The notes under the pieces: model-generated
Told to the model about the DNA's origin: nothing
Seen by the model: only the letters and a program-made list of their open reading frames with translations
Databases searched by the model: none
Shown here: one piece after another, positions 60,392-64,000 of the stretch
How positions within the stretch are numbered: position 1 is the stretch's first letter
How the letters are laid out: each line of letters begins with the position of its first letter
Program-made: the position numbers and the translations under genes
Origin: a virus
Taxonomy: Duplodnaviria; Caudoviricetes
Direction: 5' to 3' (one strand)
Length of the DNA stretch: 64,000 bases
IMG/VR virus record: IMGVR_UViG_2864653697_000002

Positions 60392-61899
60392 CTGCCGCCG
60401 GCCTCGTCGTTCCACCCTGGGTGATCGACCGCCGCGATATCCCCGTCCACCCTGCCCTGCTGCTCGACATCGGGCTGCGGGACTATCAGTGGAACCTGCT
60501 GCTGCGGATCGCCGCGGCCATGCGCGCAGGCTACCGGCGAATTCTCGTCGTGGCGCCGACCGGCGCCGGCAAGACGGTGCTCGCCTCAGCGCTCATGATG
60601 TCGGCGGCGACGCTCGGGCTGACCTCTGAGTTCATTGTCCACCGCAAAGAGCTCATCAAGCAGACATCGCGCAGCTTCACCGAACGCGGGCTCGAACATG
60701 GGTTCGTCACCGCCGAAACGGCGTTCGGCTTCAACCCGCAGCAGATCACACTGGCCGGCGTGCAGACGCTCGTCACCCGGCTGCGCGATCTGTTCCCGCC
60801 GAACCTCGTCATCCTGGATGAAGCGCACCACGCCGTCGCCGGCACCTGGGAGCAAGTGCTCGAAGCCTATGCTGGCGCCTTCATCATCGGCCTGACCGCC
60901 ACGCCTCAGCGACTGGACGGTCGCGGTCTCGGCGCGCAGTTCGACATCCTGATCGAGGGTCCGACCGTCGCCGAATTGATCCAGCGCGGCTTCCTCTCTC
61001 GCTATCAGTATTTCGCCTTCGTGGCCGACGATATGAAAGGCGTCAGCGCAACGCAGGCCGAGGAGAAGGCGGAGCGCCCGAAGCTGATCGGCGACATGGT
61101 CGAACACTATCAGCGCCTCGCTGCCGGCGAACAGGGCATCATCTTCGGGCAGAACCGGGCGCACAGCCTCAAGATCGCCCAGATGTTCAATGCGGCCGGC
61201 ATCAAGGCAATGCACGTCGACGGGTCGATGAGCCAGAAGGAGCGCGACTATTTCGACGACGCCTTCCGCGCGCGCGACATCACGATCGGCTGCAACGTCA
61301 ATCTGTTCGGCGAGGGCTACGACGTCCCGGGCATCACATATCTCGGCATCGGCGCGGTCACGCGCTCGCTGGTGAACCATAAACAGTGGTGCGGCCGCGT
61401 GCTGCGACCGGACGGCACGATCGCTACGATCTGCGACCACGTCGGCAACGCTCTGCCGGTTGCTCTCGGCGGCCGCGGCCTTGGACTACCCGACGACGAC
61501 GTGGAATGGTCACTGGAAGGCGGCGCCCGGCTGAAGACCGGTGTGAGCGACGACGCCATCTCGATCACCCAATGCCTCGACTGCTATCGGATATACCCAT
61601 CATCTGCGCCGCAGTGCCCTGGCTGCGGCGACGTGCGCCGCGTGAAGACCCGTGCGCATATCCAGCAGGAAGCCGGCATTCTCACCAAGCTCGAGCGCGA
61701 AGAGCTCAAGAAGCGCGAGGCGGCCCGCCGCAAAGACGAAGAGCGCTCCGTCACCAGCTTCGAGCAGATGGCGTCGCTCGGGCCGCGCGCGCGGCTACAC
61801 CAACCCACGCGCATGGGCGTGGCGGCAGTGCAAATTCCGCCGCATCGCCATCCCAGGAAATTGGAGAACGATCAGTGTCCAGTGAAAAATCCATCATGA
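60376..61899 (+). CDS. SF2 DEAD/H helicase with C-terminal zinc finger; probable frameshift near the 3' end
   Basis: APTGAGKT; DEAHH; TATP; EGYD; GRVLR; CLDC...CPGC. Confidence 0.9.
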   Translation: MDPALAAAGLVVPPWVIDRRDIPVHPALLLDIGLRDYQWNLLLRIAAAMRAGYRRILVVAPTGAGKTVLASALMMSAATLGLTSEFIVHRKELIKQTSRSFTERGLEHGFVTAETAFGFNPQQITLAGVQTLVTRLRDLFPPNLVILDEAHHAVAGTWEQVLEAYAGAFIIGLTATPQRLDGRGLGAQFDILIEGPTVAELIQRGFLSRYQYFAFVADDMKGVSATQAEEKAERPKLIGDMVEHYQRLAAGEQGIIFGQNRAHSLKIAQMFNAAGIKAMHVDGSMSQKERDYFDDAFRARDITIGCNVNLFGEGYDVPGITYLGIGAVTRSLVNHKQWCGRVLRPDGTIATICDHVGNALPVALGGRGLGLPDDDVEWSLEGGARLKTGVSDDAISITQCLDCYRIYPSSAPQCPGCGDVRRVKTRAHIQQEAGILTKLEREELKKREAARRKDEERSVTSFEQMASLGPRARLHQPTRMGVAAVQIPPHRHPRKLENDQCPVKNPS

Positions 61900-62255
61900 A
61901 CCAGACGCTCATCGACGTGACGGCTCTGCCCGACACGATGGCGTACAGGCAGAATACCGGACAAGCCTGGCAGGGGGATGTCGTCGACAAGCCCGTCGGC
62001 CATTATGTCCGCATCGAACCAGGAATGAAGGTGCTGAGGAACGCGCGCCCGATCAGTTTCGGCATCCCCGGAGGCGGCGACATCGTCGGAACAAGGAAAG
62101 GCAAGGCGTTCCAGATTGAAACAAAAACGCTCACAGGTCCGCATGCGCAGCAACAAAAGACGTTCCAGAAAGTGTGGGAAAAGTGCGGCGGAATCTACAT
62201 TTTGTGCCGCTCCTCCGCCGCAGCGCAAAAAGAATTGTTGACAAAAATCCCCTGA
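61875..62255 (+). CDS. VRR-NUC family nuclease
   Basis: GTG start after GGAG; RQNTG...FGIPGGGDIVG...IETKT...QQQKTF...GGIYIL. Confidence 0.85.
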   Translation: MSSEKSIMNQTLIDVTALPDTMAYRQNTGQAWQGDVVDKPVGHYVRIEPGMKVLRNARPISFGIPGGGDIVGTRKGKAFQIETKTLTGPHAQQQKTFQKVWEKCGGIYILCRSSAAAQKELLTKIP

Positions 62256-62297
62256 AACGCCACTTTGTCACCGAAATAGTGACAAGGAGTAAAAACT

Positions 62298-62993
62298 GTG
62301 GCGCGTGCTCGGACGGACGAAGGAACCTGGAAGAAGCTCAGGGATCCTGGATATGGGATCAGGCTCAGAGAAGCCTGTGACAATAGCCCGCATTGTCCGG
62401 ACGAGAACTACGGTCGCGGACCATGGCTGCAGGAGGAACTGAAGAAGCGCGACATCATCGCGAGCAGGGAGTCCATCAAGCGCTGGCTGCATGGCGAGGT
62501 GCGCCCTCGCGAAGCGAAGTCGGACGCGCTGGCCGATATTCTCGGCGTCGACCGCACATGGCTGTTCGTCGGCAACTACAACACCATCGCGCCGCGAGAT
62601 CGCAAGCAGTTGGCCTCATCCGCCTCCGGATATGTCAACATCGTTGCCGGGCTGATCCAGATCGATGGAAACTCGATCGCCTTTCCACAGACTGGCGACA
62701 AGAGGGCCGATCAGGAGAAGGTCGACTTCTACGCGATCATTCAGGGCGCCAACTACGCGATTCATGTCAGCGTCGGTGAAGCGCGAGAGGGCGGAACGAT
62801 GTTCCGGCTGCCGTCCAACAATAGCGAACTGATCGTCATCGGGCTTATCCGCGACGGCATGAACTTCACGCTCATCGATATCGACCAGGACACCATCGCC
62901 GAAGGGAACGCCCGCGGTAGCTGGGTGGAAGTGACGCTCGACGAGCAGGCCGTGAGCCGGCGCCGCCTTCAGAACTTCACCAAGCGCTTCTGA
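62298..62993 (+). CDS. XRE-family repressor-like regulator next to att
   Basis: SRESIKRWLHGEVRPR...LADILGVDRTWL HTH; no recognisable S24 peptidase. Confidence 0.75.
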   Translation: MARARTDEGTWKKLRDPGYGIRLREACDNSPHCPDENYGRGPWLQEELKKRDIIASRESIKRWLHGEVRPREAKSDALADILGVDRTWLFVGNYNTIAPRDRKQLASSASGYVNIVAGLIQIDGNSIAFPQTGDKRADQEKVDFYAIIQGANYAIHVSVGEAREGGTMFRLPSNNSELIVIGLIRDGMNFTLIDIDQDTIAEGNARGSWVEVTLDEQAVSRRRLQNFTKRF

Positions 62994-63009
62994 TGCCATC
63001 GAGATCGGA

Positions 63010-63029
63010 TGTTGGTAGCTTTGTTGGTA
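63010..63029 (+). repeat. Integrase arm-type direct repeats
   Basis: TGTTGGTA twice, 12 bp apart, about 45 bp inside the att core. Confidence 0.6.
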
Positions 63030-63073
63030 TGATGACGAGGAAATTGCCATAAATCGGCAGAAATACGTCGTCA

Positions 63074-63096
63074 TTCGAATCCAACTCGGGGAGCCA
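63074..63096 (+). repeat. attR core: 3' fragment of a tRNA, probably tRNA-Asn
   Basis: TTCGAAT (T loop)-CCAAC-TCGGGGA-G-CCA; 5' part of the tRNA is absent here. Confidence 0.8.
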
Positions 63097-63220
63097 CTTC
63101 TTCTCTCGCAGGCCTTGGCCCGCGACTTTCCAGGCAGCAGATATCCCCCGCAAAAAGCACGTCGGCCCGCTGCGCCTTGAGCCCAGCGCCAGAGAGACGC
63201 CCCTCCCCGGCAACGCACCT

Positions 63221-64000
63221 TCAGTTCTGCCCCGCCGCGTCCAGAATCAGGCGCGCAATGGCGTCGGGCTGTGAAATGAGCGAGACATGGCTCGCCTTGA
63301 GCTCGATCGTCGTCGCGCCCATCCGCTTCGCCATGAAGCGCTGGAGATCGGGATCGATCGTGCGATCGTCCGCCGAGACGGCATAATAGCTGGGCTTGCT
63401 CCGCCAGGCCGCGCTGGCGACCCGTCCGGTGAGGAGCTCCCGTCGGAAGGGCTGCTGGACCGCATGAAGCGCTTTCGCTTTCGCTGCGGGCAGGTCCCCG
63501 GCGAAATCCCGCACGAAGGCCTCCTCGCTCAGCCGTCCTTCATCGCCATCATAGATGATGCCCGCGCTTGCAGGGGGCGTCGGGAACCTTGCCGCCAAGG
63601 CACCATAATCCTCGCCCGCATCAGGCGCGCGGGCCGCGACGTAGACCAGCGCCGAGACGCTCGGATGCATGCCTGCTTCGGTGACAATCATCCCGGAGAA
63701 GCTGTGGCCCGCCAGCACCGTGGGACCATCCTGCCTGTCCAGAACCCGTCGCGCCGATGCAATGGCCTCAGGCAGCGTCGTCAGCGGATTCTGGACCGAT
63801 GTGACGGTGAGCCCCTTCGCCTGCAGGATGGGGATCACCTCGGACCAGGACGAACCGTCGGCGAACAGGCCATGCACGAGGACGACGTTGCGCGCCCTGC
63901 CCCCGGTCGCTGCCCTGACGGTCGCCGCCGGTCCGGCCAATGCCACTGTCGCGCCCAGGGCAATGGCGGCGTTCGTGAAGCCGCGTCGATCAATGCTCAT
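63221..64000 (-). CDS. Host alpha/beta hydrolase with Tat signal peptide
   Basis: DRRGF twin-arginine signal; VLVHGLFADGSSW; GHSFSG nucleophile. Confidence 0.9.
   Translation of the reverse strand: MSIDRRGFTNAAIALGATVALAGPAATVRAATGGRARNVVLVHGLFADGSSWSEVIPILQAKGLTVTSVQNPLTTLPEAIASARRVLDRQDGPTVLAGHSFSGMIVTEAGMHPSVSALVYVAARAPDAGEDYGALAARFPTPPASAGIIYDGDEGRLSEEAFVRDFAGDLPAAKAKALHAVQQPFRRELLTGRVASAAWRSKPSYYAVSADDRTIDPDLQRFMAKRMGATTIELKASHVSLISQPDAIARLILDAAGQN

Larger units (their letters stand above)
1..63096. mobile_element. Prophage (temperate siphovirus, Chi/BcepNazgul-like gene content), left end outside window
   Basis: Continuous head, tail, lysis, early and replication modules ending at a tRNA 3' fragment, followed by a host-type gene. 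Confidence 0.95.

Noticed and set aside
63074-63096. Intact tRNA gene
   Set aside because: Only the T loop, 3' stems and CCA are present; no D or anticodon arm upstream

Overview
Positions 1 to about 63096 are the right-hand part of one large temperate siphovirus prophage in a high-GC alphaproteobacterium (inferred from the GapR homolog, an alpha-type LexA box and a CtrA-like winged-helix gene). The gene content is Chi/BcepNazgul-like. From left to right: lambda-type head genes (protease/scaffold C-terminus, decoration, gpE-like capsid); a tail module with a GGGAAAG -1 frameshift chaperone, tape measure, modular fibre and hub genes; holin, SAR endolysin and overlapped spanins; a long leftward array of small early genes with one inserted rightward giant fibre/glycoside-hydrolase cassette; a repeat-rich non-coding ori/cos-like region; a primase-helicase and Cro-like gene; a rightward replication operon (exonuclease, SSB, three orphan methyltransferases phage-wide, family B polymerase, SF2 helicase, VRR-NUC); an XRE regulator; and attR, a 23-bp 3' fragment of tRNA-Asn with arm-type repeats. 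A host Tat-exported alpha/beta hydrolase follows. Terminase, portal and integrase are not in the window. Best leads: about 23 dispersed copies of a 15-19 bp palindrome, many fused to ribosome-binding sites; a shared acidic C-terminal peptide tag (FEDLIG) on unrelated proteins; a two-reading-frame C5 methyltransferase with repeated target-recognition-like units; and a LexA box facing an HTH gene from its 3' end. All calls come from reading motifs by eye; no database search was run.
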